From contig CAWIIB010000001.1 of the NCBI GenBank assembly GCA_963836075.1, positions 1,504,001-1,568,000 of the forward strand: a DNA stretch of 64,000 nucleotides. The letters run 5' to 3'. Positions within the stretch are counted from its first letter, which is position 1. Every line of letters begins with the position of its first letter. This DNA is from an uncultured Acidobacteriota bacterium (GTDB lineage: Bacteria > Acidobacteriota > JAQAZP01). Both the position numbers and the translations under genes were made by a program. This document shows, piece by piece, positions 49,621 to 60,800 of this stretch. The notes under the pieces are model-generated. The model was not told the origin of the DNA, did not search any database, and worked only from the letters and a program-made list of their open reading frames with translations.

Positions 49621-51528
49621 ATGCTGATCCAGACCAGGCGGTGGCCCATACCCGTTGTCGCCCTGCTTGTGGCGCTGATCTGCGCCGCCACGGCCGGCGT
49701 GGCAACGGCCCAGGAGTACAAGGAGCCGGAAGGGACTCCCCTGCCCGAATACGCGCGCAAGATCCACATCGACCGGACGGTGCCCTTTATCATCGAAAAG
49801 GGCATGCGGGGCGACCCCGGCCTGCCGAATGTCATGCTCACCGGGTACTGGCCGCCGACCAATGAGATGCTGCGCCGCTTCAGCCCCGACCCGGTGCAGA
49901 ATCCCGACGGCTGGATCGGCGCGAACTGGGAGGGGCGCGGGTTCAACGTCTACGCCTTTTTCCCCGAGTTCCCCGAAGGCCTGGGCCAGGGCGAGGGGGA
50001 TTTCGAGGTGGACTACCAGGACACCTCGGAGGACTTCTGGCCCATCGCCGAAGTAGTCAAGCCGGTGGCCATCATCACCTTTGGTCGGGCCTCACCAAAC
50101 CGGGACTGGGAGCTGGAGTGGCGCGGACGGAACCTTCCCGAATTCGACTGGTATCCCGATTACACCGACCCGCGCAGGCCCACACCCTCGCCGCCCGACG
50201 GCAGTGTCCCGGAAGACCACATCCGCTATTCCACCCTGCCGATGGACGAGATCGTTGACGCATTGAACAGCTCGGATCTCGGGATCAACGCCTTTGCCGA
50301 CACCACCGAAGATGCCGGCGCCTTTCTCTGCGAGTTCATTGGCTACCACGCTGCCTGGTATCACGACCTTCACGAATCCCCCGGTGATCCGGACCAGGTC
50401 CTCACCGCCGGACACATCCACGTGGGCAGCAACATCGGCCTCGCCGAAGCCACCGAAGCCGCCGAGATTACCGTGCGCACCATGCTCGACATTCTCGCGC
50501 CCTCGCTGGTCCCGCAGGCCGGCCTCATCGCCGGCCCCGGCCCCGCGGAGACCAACCCGCCAACGGTGCGGGTCTTTGACGCGGAATCGTATGCCGCACA
50601 CCGTTACGAGTTCACCGCCTATGGCGTACCCAAGTATGGCGTGAACGTCTCCGCCGGCGACCCCGACGGTGACGGTCTGGACGAGATCCTCACCGGCGCC
50701 GGGCCGGGTGCGGTCTTCGGCCCCCACGTCCGGGGCTTCGAGGCCTGGGGCGCACCGCTGCCCGGTCTCAGCTTCCTGGCCTACGGCACCAACAAGTACG
50801 GGGTCAATGTCTGCTGCGGCGACATCGACGGCGACGGCTTCGACGAGATCGTCACCGGCGCCGGGCCGGGCGCTGTCTTCGGCCCCCATGTCCGGGCCTG
50901 GAACTATGACGGCTCGCCAGGGGTGGCCCCGGCGGCCGGGGTGAGCTACTTCGCCTACGGCACACCCAAGTGGGGGGTCAACGTGGCCTGCGGTGACATC
51001 GACGGCGACGGCTTCGACGAGATCGTCACCGGCCCCGGGCCGGGCGCAGTCTACGGCCCCCACGTCAGGGGCTGGAACGTGGACAACGGCCCGGCAGCCG
51101 CAATGCCATCGGTGAGCTACTTCGCCTTCGGCACACTGAAGTTCGGGGTCAACGTGGCCTGCGGCGACGTGGACGGTGACGGCATGGATGAAATCATAAC
51201 CGGCGCCGGACCGGGGTCCATTTTCGCCTCCCACGTCCGCGGCTGGAACTACGACAACGGCTCCATCGCCTCCCTCCCCGGTTTCAGCTACTTCGCCTGG
51301 CCCGAAAGCGCCTGCCGCTTCGGGGCCAAGGTCTTCTCCGGTGTGGACCTGGACGGCGACGGCAGCGACGAGCTGCTGGTGGGCGCCGGACCGGACCCGG
51401 CGGTGGAGACCGCGCTCAAGCTCTACCGCTACAACGGCTCGGCAGTCACCGAATCGCTCTCCCTGCAGCCCTTCCCCGCCGGCTGGACCCACGGGTCCAC
51501 CGTGGCCGCGGGACGGTTTCAGGACTGA
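49621..51528 (+). CDS. Secreted pyroglutamyl-peptidase I (C15)-like protein with CTD-B
   Basis: VMLTGYWP, LE, DAGAFLCEF (catalytic Cys) and GHIHV (His); signal peptide; FG-GAP module from ~50521. Confidence 0.8.
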   Translation: MLIQTRRWPIPVVALLVALICAATAGVATAQEYKEPEGTPLPEYARKIHIDRTVPFIIEKGMRGDPGLPNVMLTGYWPPTNEMLRRFSPDPVQNPDGWIGANWEGRGFNVYAFFPEFPEGLGQGEGDFEVDYQDTSEDFWPIAEVVKPVAIITFGRASPNRDWELEWRGRNLPEFDWYPDYTDPRRPTPSPPDGSVPEDHIRYSTLPMDEIVDALNSSDLGINAFADTTEDAGAFLCEFIGYHAAWYHDLHESPGDPDQVLTAGHIHVGSNIGLAEATEAAEITVRTMLDILAPSLVPQAGLIAGPGPAETNPPTVRVFDAESYAAHRYEFTAYGVPKYGVNVSAGDPDGDGLDEILTGAGPGAVFGPHVRGFEAWGAPLPGLSFLAYGTNKYGVNVCCGDIDGDGFDEIVTGAGPGAVFGPHVRAWNYDGSPGVAPAAGVSYFAYGTPKWGVNVACGDIDGDGFDEIVTGPGPGAVYGPHVRGWNVDNGPAAAMPSVSYFAFGTLKFGVNVACGDVDGDGMDEIITGAGPGSIFASHVRGWNYDNGSIASLPGFSYFAWPESACRFGAKVFSGVDLDGDGSDELLVGAGPDPAVETALKLYRYNGSAVTESLSLQPFPAGWTHGSTVAAGRFQD

Positions 51529-51549
51529 TACCAATCAGCCGTCCCTGCA

Positions 51550-51589
51550 GCGCCCCTCCTCCCCGGGGGGGCGCTTTTTCATTTTTTTA
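51550..51589 (+). terminator. Rho-independent terminator
   Basis: GCGCCCCTCC...GGGGGGGCGC followed by a T run. Confidence 0.7.
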
Positions 51590-51746
51590 TCGAACCCTGC
51601 CCCGCTTTCCCCGTTACTAATCACATAGTAGCCGGAACCAGATGATTTTCCGGCTCCGTGCATCTCTGATAACTGGAGGTATCTCACCGCATCAGGGGGG
51701 GGAATGCACTTTAATTCATGTCCTTATGTGCAAGGAGACGTATTCG

Positions 51747-53186
51747 ATGAAGCTTCGCAACATCCTGGTTCTGCTCGCTTTTCTGCCGCTGGTTTTTGGC
51801 GCCGCGGCCCAGGCGGAGACCTGGAACGGCCTGCCGCTGCACGTGCAGAAACTGAGTGACAACGCCATCAGACTGTGGATCGGGGACTACATCTCCTCCA
51901 CCGCGGTCTCGGCCATCAAAACCGACAAGGGGATCGTGGTCATCGACACCACCCAGTGCCCCACTCTCGACGAGCAGTTCCGCAAGATCATCGCCCGGGA
52001 ATTCGGCCGGGACGACTTCAAGATCCTGATCAACACCCACGAGCACGGTGACCACACCTATGGCAACGGTGTGTATGCCGACTGCCAGATCGTGGCCCAC
52101 GAACTGTGCGCCGAGGGAATGCTGGCCCGCCAGGGGGACGTGGACCGGGTTCTCGGGTGGTACGAGGAAAACCTCCCCAAGACCGAGGCCAAACTGGCCA
52201 CACTGGAAAAAGGCAGCGACGAATACAAGAAGACCGAGGAGGACCTGATCACCTCGAAGATGGAACTGAAGGCTTTCAAGTCCGGCCTGGAGCTGACCCT
52301 GCCCACCAAAACCTTTACCGACACCATGACCATCCCCATGGGCAACGTCACCTTCGAGCTCTTCGCCGTGGGCGGCACCCACACCTCCAGCGACATCTTT
52401 GTCTTCGTGCCCGAGGAGGGCCTCCTGTTCACCGGAGACATGATGGCCGACACCTGGCTCACCGACACTCCGGGCTGTCTGCAATCCTTCTCCCTGCGCC
52501 AGGGCAACAAGCGGGACATGCCCCTGCTGCTCGGGAACTGGAAAACCCTCCTCGGCCGCAAGGATGAGATCAACACCTACATCCCCGGCCACTGGAACGG
52601 CGAACTCTCCTACGAGGGATTTGCCGCCCGCTACAACTACCTGGAGACGATGTACAACGGCATCAACCAGGCGGTGAAGGACGGCAAGCCGCTGGAGGCC
52701 ATGTTCGCCGAGTACAAGCTGGAAACCCGCTTCCCCGAACTGGTGGGCCAGCCGGGCTTCACCCTCGACTTCGTACACAACGGCAACATTCTCGCCATCT
52801 GGTCCGACGCCACCGGCGCCGAATCGGCCTGTAGCGCCATGGTCGAGATGATCGAAGTTCAGGGCTGCGAAAAAGCGCTGAACAAGATGCGCAAGATCCA
52901 CGCCCGGGGAGGAAACGACTACTTCTTCCTCGAAGCCGAGTTCAACGCCCTGGGCTACCGCTACCTCACGCAGGAGCAATTCGACGAGGCCATTGCCGTC
53001 TTCACGCTGAACAGTGAGATCTATCCCGACTCGTGGAATGTCTGGGACAGCCTGGGTGAGGCGCAGTTCAAGAGCGGCAACCTGAACCAGGCCCTGGCCA
53101 GCTACGAGAAATCCGTACAGCTCAACCCCGAAAGCGTAACCGGCCCAAAGGCCATTGCTGATATCAAGGCTGCCCAAGCCAAGTAG
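51747..53186 (+). CDS. Secreted metallo-beta-lactamase-fold hydrolase with C-terminal TPR
   Basis: THEHGDH, THT, FTGD and IPGH motifs; TPR NALGY...NVWDSLGEA...LNP. Confidence 0.85.
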   Translation: MKLRNILVLLAFLPLVFGAAAQAETWNGLPLHVQKLSDNAIRLWIGDYISSTAVSAIKTDKGIVVIDTTQCPTLDEQFRKIIAREFGRDDFKILINTHEHGDHTYGNGVYADCQIVAHELCAEGMLARQGDVDRVLGWYEENLPKTEAKLATLEKGSDEYKKTEEDLITSKMELKAFKSGLELTLPTKTFTDTMTIPMGNVTFELFAVGGTHTSSDIFVFVPEEGLLFTGDMMADTWLTDTPGCLQSFSLRQGNKRDMPLLLGNWKTLLGRKDEINTYIPGHWNGELSYEGFAARYNYLETMYNGINQAVKDGKPLEAMFAEYKLETRFPELVGQPGFTLDFVHNGNILAIWSDATGAESACSAMVEMIEVQGCEKALNKMRKIHARGGNDYFFLEAEFNALGYRYLTQEQFDEAIAVFTLNSEIYPDSWNVWDSLGEAQFKSGNLNQALASYEKSVQLNPESVTGPKAIADIKAAQAK

Positions 53187-53218
53187 AGTTTGACTGGCAA
53201 CACTCCTCCAGTCTCCCC

Positions 53219-53259
53219 CGGCGTCCCGCCCGATGGCATGCGGGATGCCGGATTTTTTT
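53219..53259 (+). terminator. Rho-independent terminator
   Basis: CCGGCGTCCCGC...GCGGGATGCCGG followed by TTTTTTT. Confidence 0.7.
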
Positions 53260-53344
53260 GCCTGCGGACCGTCAAGAATTGACTTCCCCGGGTCAGTGAG
53301 TATCCTTTGATTTTTCCCGAATGACGCCTGGCTGGACCAGACAG

Positions 53345-55612
53345 ATGAAAAAGATCCTCTTCATCATCACCCTGCTGATCCTGGCCGTACCCGCCCCGGC
53401 CGACGAGAAAAAGACCTACACCATCAAGCGAACGGCTTCGGAGATCACGGTGGACGCCCGTCTCGACGAACCGGCCTGGGCCGACGCCCTCACCGTTGAA
53501 CTGAACTACGAGACCTTCCCCGGCGACAACGTCCCGGCCCGGGTGCGCACCGAGTGCCTGCTGGCCTACGACGATTCGAATCTCTACGCCGCCTTCCGGG
53601 TCTATGATCCCGAACCGGAGAAGATCAGGGCCCATTACTCCGACCGCGACAAACCGTTCAACGACGACATGGTGGGCCTGATGCTCGACACCTTCAACGA
53701 CGAGCGGCGGGCCTACGAGTTTTTCGTCACCCCGCTGGGGGTGCAGATGGACCTGGTGGAGGACGACGTGAGCGGTACCGAGGACACCTCCTGGGACGCC
53801 ATCTGGACCTCGGCCGGCCGGCTGACTCCCGAGGGGTATGTGGTGGAGATGGCGATCCCCTTCAACCAGCTCCGCTTCCCTGCTGCGCCCGGGGTCCAGA
53901 CCTGGGGGATCGACATCGCCCGCGCCTGGCCCCGCGACCAGCGCTATCTGCTCCGTCTCCAGCCCCGGCGGATGGACATCTCCTGCCACTACTGCCAGGT
54001 CTCCAAGCTCACCGGCCTGGAAGGGCTGGAACCGGGACGGAACCTCTCTTTCTACCCCACGCTCACCGGCGTATACACCGAGCGCCGCGAGGATTTTCCC
54101 GAGGGCGGTTTCGGCACCGAGAAATCGGAACTGGAGCCCGGCATCACTGCCCGCTGGGGCGCCACCCCCAACGTCACCCTGACCGGGACAATCAACCCCG
54201 ACTTCTCCCAGGTGGAGGCCGACGTGGCCCAGTTGAGAATCAACCGCCAGTTCGCCCTCTTCTACCCCGAGAAGCGGCCCTTCTTCCTCGAGGATGCCGA
54301 CTACTTCGAGACCCCGCTCAGCGCGGTCTACACCCGCACGGTGGCCGACCCGCTGTGGGGGGCCAGGGTCACCGGCAAGCAGGGTGCCAGCGCCTTCGGC
54401 TTCTTCACCGCCCAGGACACGGTGACCAACCTGCTCTTCCCGGGCAGCGAGCAGTCGGCCTTCACCTCTCTGGACGACCCGTACCTGACCGGCGTCCTGC
54501 GCTACCGCCGGGACGTGGGAGGACATTCCAACGTCGGCTTCCTGGTCACCTCCCGCCAGGGGGCCGAGGACTACGAGAACACGGTCTACGGCGCCGACGG
54601 CCAGATCAGGCTCAGCGATGCCGACTCGATCCAGCTGCAGCTGCTGGGGTCCACCACGGCCTACCCGAACCAGGTGACCGCGGATTTCGAACAGCCCGAG
54701 GGACAGTTCAGCGGCCTGGCCGGCGTGGCCAACTACAATCACGGCAGCCGCAACTGGAACTGGTGGCTGAGGTATGAGGACTTCGGCCGGGACTTCCGGG
54801 CGGACAGCGGGTTCATCCCCCGCGTTGACTACCGCACCGGGCTGGCCGGTCTGCACTACAACTGGTGGGGCACCGACGAGGACTGGCACAGCCGCATCGG
54901 CCTGGGGGGAGACGTCGATATCACCGAAGACCAGGACGGCAACCCGCTGGAGAAGGAGGCCGAGTTCTGGGCCGAAATTCACGGCCCGCTGCAGTCCCAA
55001 TTGGAAGCTGGTGGGAGCGTGCGGGAACAGACATACCACGGAGAGACATTCGACCAGGCCTTTGGCGCACTTTTGGGCGAAATTTCACCAAACGCCTGGT
55101 TCTCCGGCCGGGTCCGTGTCGAGTTCGGCGACCACCTGGACTACACCAACGTCAGGAACGGTGATTTCCTCCAGGTCCGCCCCAGTGTGACCTGCCGTCC
55201 GGGTCGGCACTTCACCCTCGAACTGAACCATACCTACGAGCAGCTCGATGTGTCAGACCACCGGCTGCTGGTTCCCGGCCGCCTGAGCGAAGGCCGGCTC
55301 TACCAGGCCAATCTCACCGAGCTGCGCGGTATCTGGCAGTTCAACACCCGCAGCTTCGTCCGGGCCATCATCCAGTATGCCGACATCGACCGCACCCCCG
55401 CCCTCTATTACCAGCCCGTGGACGGGGAGACCCGGGACCTCTTCGGCCAGTTCCTCTATTCCTACACGCTCACCCCGCAGACCGTGCTCTACCTCGGCTA
55501 CTCGGAGAACCAGCACGCCTGGGACGACCCGTACAGCGGCACGGACAGCATCGGCCTGACCCGCAGCGACTGGACCGTATTCATCAAGATCGGCTATGCC
55601 TGGCTGCTGTGA
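53345..55612 (+). CDS. CBM9-like/DUF5916 outer-membrane protein
   Basis: DARLDEPAW, EMAIPF, NPDFSQVEAD and PEKRPFFLE motifs; barrel-like C-terminus FIKIGYAWLL. Confidence 0.82.
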   Translation: MKKILFIITLLILAVPAPADEKKTYTIKRTASEITVDARLDEPAWADALTVELNYETFPGDNVPARVRTECLLAYDDSNLYAAFRVYDPEPEKIRAHYSDRDKPFNDDMVGLMLDTFNDERRAYEFFVTPLGVQMDLVEDDVSGTEDTSWDAIWTSAGRLTPEGYVVEMAIPFNQLRFPAAPGVQTWGIDIARAWPRDQRYLLRLQPRRMDISCHYCQVSKLTGLEGLEPGRNLSFYPTLTGVYTERREDFPEGGFGTEKSELEPGITARWGATPNVTLTGTINPDFSQVEADVAQLRINRQFALFYPEKRPFFLEDADYFETPLSAVYTRTVADPLWGARVTGKQGASAFGFFTAQDTVTNLLFPGSEQSAFTSLDDPYLTGVLRYRRDVGGHSNVGFLVTSRQGAEDYENTVYGADGQIRLSDADSIQLQLLGSTTAYPNQVTADFEQPEGQFSGLAGVANYNHGSRNWNWWLRYEDFGRDFRADSGFIPRVDYRTGLAGLHYNWWGTDEDWHSRIGLGGDVDITEDQDGNPLEKEAEFWAEIHGPLQSQLEAGGSVREQTYHGETFDQAFGALLGEISPNAWFSGRVRVEFGDHLDYTNVRNGDFLQVRPSVTCRPGRHFTLELNHTYEQLDVSDHRLLVPGRLSEGRLYQANLTELRGIWQFNTRSFVRAIIQYADIDRTPALYYQPVDGETRDLFGQFLYSYTLTPQTVLYLGYSENQHAWDDPYSGTDSIGLTRSDWTVFIKIGYAWLL

Positions 55613-55626
55613 CCCGACCAGGCGAA

Positions 55627-57828
55627 TCACCAGGCGAACCGGCCGGCGGCCACGTTCACCCCGTGGGTCCAGCCATCGGGAAAGGCCTGGAGCGAGTGCC
55701 AGAGCGACAGGGTCCCATTCCGGCAACGGTAGATGTTGATCCGGGACCCGCCCTCCGGGTCAGGCCCCTCCCCCACCACCAGGTCATCGGTGCCGTCGAA
55801 GTTCAGGTCGCGGCAGGCAAAGACGGAGGCGCCGTAGCGGGCGTCCCCGGCAGGCCAGGCGAGGAAGTCGATACCGGTCAGGGGGGTGATCGTCTGACCG
55901 TCATAGTTCCAGCCGCGGATGTGAGCGCTGAATACCGGCGAAGGGCCCGGCGCGGTAATGATCTCGTCGATATTGTCTCCGTCAACATCACCACAGGTCA
56001 CCCGCACGCCCATCCGGTTCGTTCCATACGCCAGAAAGTTCACCCCGTCAATGGCCCTTGCCGGATGGTCGTCAACGGACCAGCCGCGCACGTGGGGTCC
56101 ATAGATCGCACCCGGCCCGGCACCGGTGATGATCTCATCCGGCCAGTCGCCATCGATGTTGCCGCAGGCCACGTTGACACCCCACCTGGGCGTGCCGTAG
56201 GCAAAGAAATTGATATCGGGCATGGGGCTCGCCTCGCCCGATTGGTCGTCAACGGTGAAGCCCCGGACGTGGGGCCCAAATACGGCCCCCGGCCCGGCGC
56301 CGGTGATGATCACCTCGCCCCCGTCCCGTTCCATGATCCCGGTGGTAACGTTGACCCCGTAGCGGTTTGTTCCGTACGCCATGAAACTGAGTCCGGTGAC
56401 CGGCTCACCGAATCGTGAAAACCCCCGCACATGGGGTCCGTAAATTTCACCCGGGCCGGGCCCGGTGATGATCTCCATATATGGATTGCTCGTGGTCAGG
56501 TACCCCGCGGTCACGTTCACGCCATGGCGCGGCGCGCCGTAAGCCGGAAACGCCATCGATGGCTCCGGATCCTCGGTGAGGGGAAAAACCTTTACCACGG
56601 GCGGATTGTCTTCGGACGGCCCGGCACCGGCCAGCAGCCAGACCGGCGGCGGCCAGTCCACGGGATAGTGGAAACCCATGTCCAGTCGGCCCGTATCAAC
56701 ACCCGTGTCGGTGCGCGTGGTTCCGCCGTGGGGCGGCAGCTCCGGGTTGCCGGCATCTACGCAGAGGCTGTCGACGAACTGGCCGGCCGCCTGCTGGGAG
56801 AGCAGGGACTGGCCGACAAAGAGGGGATCGACATCCAACATCCCCTCACCGATTTCAATGTCGCTGGATTCGTTATAAATCCATTGCCACCCGTTATCGA
56901 CCATTGAATAGTCGATCCCGAAGGTTCCGTAGAACACTGCGATCTCGTCTCCCAGGGTGGACCGGTTGAAGTGGAAGATGGTGTTGGAGATGATGGTATC
57001 CTGGTTAAAGTTTAGCACTCCACCGCCGTAGGTGTCCCCGCCTCCGTCACAGTCCGCCTCGTTGTAGGCGATGGTGCACTGATCGACGAGCAGGTATCCG
57101 CCCCCGGCATAGACACCTCCGCCGTAACCGATAGAATCGTAGACCGCACCGAATCCGATGGCCAGATTCCAGATGATCAGGTTGTTGACCAGGTATAGTG
57201 GTTGCTCATCGGTTCCGCAGTTGAAGAGGCAAACACCTCCGCCATAGGCGTGCACCCAATCGTAGATCCCGTCGGAATCATTGCTCCGGATGATGTTGCC
57301 GGTGATCATTGCCGAGGAATTCTCACAGAATATACCGCTGCCCGCCTGGCCCCCGTTGTCGCGGATCAGGTTGCCGGTGATGGTGGGGCTGCTGTCCAAA
57401 CAGAGAATGCCGCCGCCGCACCGCAAATCCCAGGAAGGCAGATCCGTGCCACGGCCGCGGTGGATGGTGAACCCCTCAAGAATCGAGTCGGGGCCTTCTC
57501 CGGACTCGAAGGTAACCACGCTGCCCACCCCCGGACCGTTCTCGATCCTGGTGTTCCACGGACCATCCTCGGATCGAAGGTGAACCGCCTTGCCGAGAAA
57601 ATTGATCGACTCCACGTAGTCGCCGGCGGACACCAGCACGGTGTCGCCATCTGCCGATGCGTCGATCCCGGCCTGGATGGAGGGCTGGTCACCCGGCACA
57701 TGGATCGTGTCGGCAGGTGCGGTCAGGGCGGCGGTCAGCGACAGGCCGAGCACCAGACCAGCAGGCAGGAGGATCGATCGGCACCCCCCCCTGAAAAACC
57801 TCTCGTTGATCGACATTTCGCCGCTCAC
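55627..57828 (-). CDS. Secreted right-handed beta-helix protein with CTD-B
   Basis: TIHVPGDQPSIQAGID, GGGI repeats, CVDAGNP...DMGFHYP linker, then the GPGPG...GPHVRG module. Start is 57828 (GTG) or 57816. Confidence 0.85.
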   Translation of the reverse strand: MSGEMSINERFFRGGCRSILLPAGLVLGLSLTAALTAPADTIHVPGDQPSIQAGIDASADGDTVLVSAGDYVESINFLGKAVHLRSEDGPWNTRIENGPGVGSVVTFESGEGPDSILEGFTIHRGRGTDLPSWDLRCGGGILCLDSSPTITGNLIRDNGGQAGSGIFCENSSAMITGNIIRSNDSDGIYDWVHAYGGGVCLFNCGTDEQPLYLVNNLIIWNLAIGFGAVYDSIGYGGGVYAGGGYLLVDQCTIAYNEADCDGGGDTYGGGVLNFNQDTIISNTIFHFNRSTLGDEIAVFYGTFGIDYSMVDNGWQWIYNESSDIEIGEGMLDVDPLFVGQSLLSQQAAGQFVDSLCVDAGNPELPPHGGTTRTDTGVDTGRLDMGFHYPVDWPPPVWLLAGAGPSEDNPPVVKVFPLTEDPEPSMAFPAYGAPRHGVNVTAGYLTTSNPYMEIITGPGPGEIYGPHVRGFSRFGEPVTGLSFMAYGTNRYGVNVTTGIMERDGGEVIITGAGPGAVFGPHVRGFTVDDQSGEASPMPDINFFAYGTPRWGVNVACGNIDGDWPDEIITGAGPGAIYGPHVRGWSVDDHPARAIDGVNFLAYGTNRMGVRVTCGDVDGDNIDEIITAPGPSPVFSAHIRGWNYDGQTITPLTGIDFLAWPAGDARYGASVFACRDLNFDGTDDLVVGEGPDPEGGSRINIYRCRNGTLSLWHSLQAFPDGWTHGVNVAAGRFAW

Positions 57829-60800
57829 TCCTCCCCGAAATTCCCGGCCGCCAGGCGGCCGCCCTGGCGGACCAGCTCCGGGTCATAGGCGATGAAGTTG
57901 ACCCGCGGCATGGGGGTCAGCGCCACGCCATCGTAGTTGAACCCCCGCACGTGGCAGGGGAAGGCCTCGCTGGGCCCGGGCACGGTGATCAGCTCGTCGA
58001 TGCCGTCGTCGTCCAGATCGCCGCAGGCCACCACCACGCCATACCCCGTGGTCTGGTCGTAGGGGAAGAAGTCCACCGACGGCATCGGCGCCAGCGTACC
58101 CTCCTCGTAACTCCAGCCGCAGACCCGCGGGCCCATTGCCGGGTCGGGCCCGGGACCGGTGACGATCTCGTCACGGCCGTCACCGTCCAGGTCGCCGCAG
58201 GCCACCCGGATGCCGAAGCGGCATGCGGCGTCGTAGGCAAAGCAGTTGATCTGGGGGATGACCACGGCCGCGGCGCCGTCCACATTCCACCCGCGAAGGT
58301 GGGGGCCGAACATCCCTCCCGGGCCGGGCCCGGTGATGATCTCATCGAAGCCGTCCCCGTCCACGTCGCCGGCGGTGACGTTGAGGCCGAACTTGTTGGT
58401 GTTGTACGCCAGGAAGCTGACCCCGGGCAGCGGGGACACCACGCGGGCCACCGGATCGTAGCTGAAGGCCCGCGCGTGGGGGCCGAAGACCGCACCCGGC
58501 CCCGGGCCGGTGATGATCTCGTCCCGCCCGTCACCATCCAGGTCTCCGCCGGCCACACCCACGCCGTAGTTCAGTGTGCCGTAGGCCATGACCATGGCGG
58601 CCCCGCCGTCCACCGGCGAGCCGTCCATCTCGAAGGCCCGGACCAGCGGCCCGAACGCCGTCCCCGGGCCGGGCCCGGTGAGAATCTCGTCGAAAAGGTC
58701 GCCGTCGATGTCCGCCGCCGCCACGTTGACCCCGTAGCGGTCGGCTCCATAGGCGGTGAACTCGTCGGAGAACTCGTACCAGTCGTTCAGTGTGCGGCGG
58801 AAGGTGCGCACCAGGGCCGGGTTGGCCTGGGCCGGTCCCGGTCCGGTGAGGATCAACGTGCGGTAGGCCATCATCAGCGCCGGGACGGTGACCACCCCGC
58901 TGTCCGGATCATCGCTCAGCACCTGGATCGTCCCCTGGTGGGTGCCGGTGCTCAGTCCGCCGGCGGCGAAGATCACCTGGATCTCCACGCTGCCTCCCGG
59001 TGCCACCTGGCCCGAAGCGGGCTGGAAGCTGATCCAGCCCACATCGCTCTGCAGCTGGAATGACAGTTCCACGCTACCGGTGTTGCCGATGAACAGCGCC
59101 GTGGCCTCCCAGGTCTCTTCGTAGAGCATCAGCTGCAGCTCCGTGGGGGTCACCACCACATTCGGGCGGCCGAGGTGGAAGTTCACCGCGGCATCAGGAG
59201 GAAGGGTGGCCTCCGCCGGAGCGGAATCGAGGTAGCCGTCAGCCGAAGCCGTCAGGGTGTAGGTGCCGGGTTCGAGGCCGACAATGTCATACTCCCCGCC
59301 CTGGCCGGCAATCACCGACCCGGATGACGGCCCGCTGTAGGTGACCACCGCGCCTTCCAGCCCGGTCCCGCCGGACATGTCGTCCACCACGCCGGCAATC
59401 CGGCTCAGCGCCTCCACGGTGAGTTCGAAGGCCCCGCGCCACACGCCGCTGACCCCCTGGGAGGCGATGGTCAGTTCCACGGTGAAGGTGGTGCCGTTGG
59501 GGCAGGATGGTGAAATGTACAGGTCAAAGTCATCCAGCGAAACAGCGCTGCCGCCCGCCGGGATGTCGTTCCAGGTTTCACTGTCGTCGGTCACGGTGAC
59601 CCAGGCGCAGTCGTTGACCTCGATGGTGGCGGTGACCGCCTGTGCGGCCGCCGCGCCGTTGTTGACCAGGGTCAGGGGGATCTCCACCGACTCCCCGGCC
59701 TCGGGGACCCCGTCACCGTCGCCCTGGCTGCTGCCCTGGCTGTCGTCATCCACCAGGTGGTCCTGGTAGGCGATCACCGGACCGTCAAAGACCTCGATGG
59801 TCAGGGGGACGGCCAGCGGGTTCTCGTCCGGGTCATTGGTGTGCAGGAGGAACTGGGCCTCGTGCACGCCGAACGCCATGTCCAGCGAACTGAAGTTCAC
59901 CATCAGCTGCTGGTTGCCCCCCGGCGCCACGCTCCCGGCCTGAATGTCCGGCTCGGCCCAGTAGCCGGTGCCGGTGACCAGCATCTGGTGGTAGGCGTTG
60001 ATCCCGGTGTCCGACTGGCTGTACGGGTCGGGCGGCGGGTAGACGTCATCCACCACACCGGTCTGCAGTGTCCCGAAGGTGGTGGTGTAGGGCGGGTACC
60101 CCGGACCGCGGTAGTAGGTGCAGGAGCTGTCGAAGGCACAACCGATGAAGTAGTATTTCCCTTCCTCCAGTTCCAGCTCAATGGGCCCGGAGCTGTACCA
60201 GGCCGTGCCGCCGCCCGGCTCCGCCACCTCGACCCCAAAGACCCTCTGGTAACTGCCGGTGAGGGAGTCGCCCTCGTAGACCACGTGCACCAGGTTGGTG
60301 GCCGAGGTCATGTTGAGCATGAAACGGACCTCGCGGAGCAGCGTCTCACTGTCCACGTGGTAGACATTGCCCCTGGTGCGGTAGCCGCCGGAATAGCTGT
60401 CATAGGTGCTGCCGAGGGTCTCCTCCTGGATCCCCACACCAGCGCCATCCACCTGCACCTCGAAGTCGAGGGTGACATCGCCCAGGTTGTCCACCCGGAA
60501 CGGCAGCTGCAGTTCGGACCACGGGGGCAGGCTCACCGAGAACGACTCGGGGGTCACGGCGATGTCCGAAGCCCCGAGGGCGAAGTCGGCCACCGCGTTG
60601 GGCGGCAGGGTCACCTGCAGGGGGACGGCATCGGAGTAACCGGCGGCCCCGGCCATGACGGTGTAGCTCCCGCTTGCCAGACCGTAGGCGAAATAGTGGC
60701 CCAGCTCGTTGGTGCCGAAACTCCTGTCGGTACCGGGCCCGCTGAGGGTCACCATGGCGGCGGGGAGAGGCATTCCGCTGCCCAACTCAGTGACCTGGCC

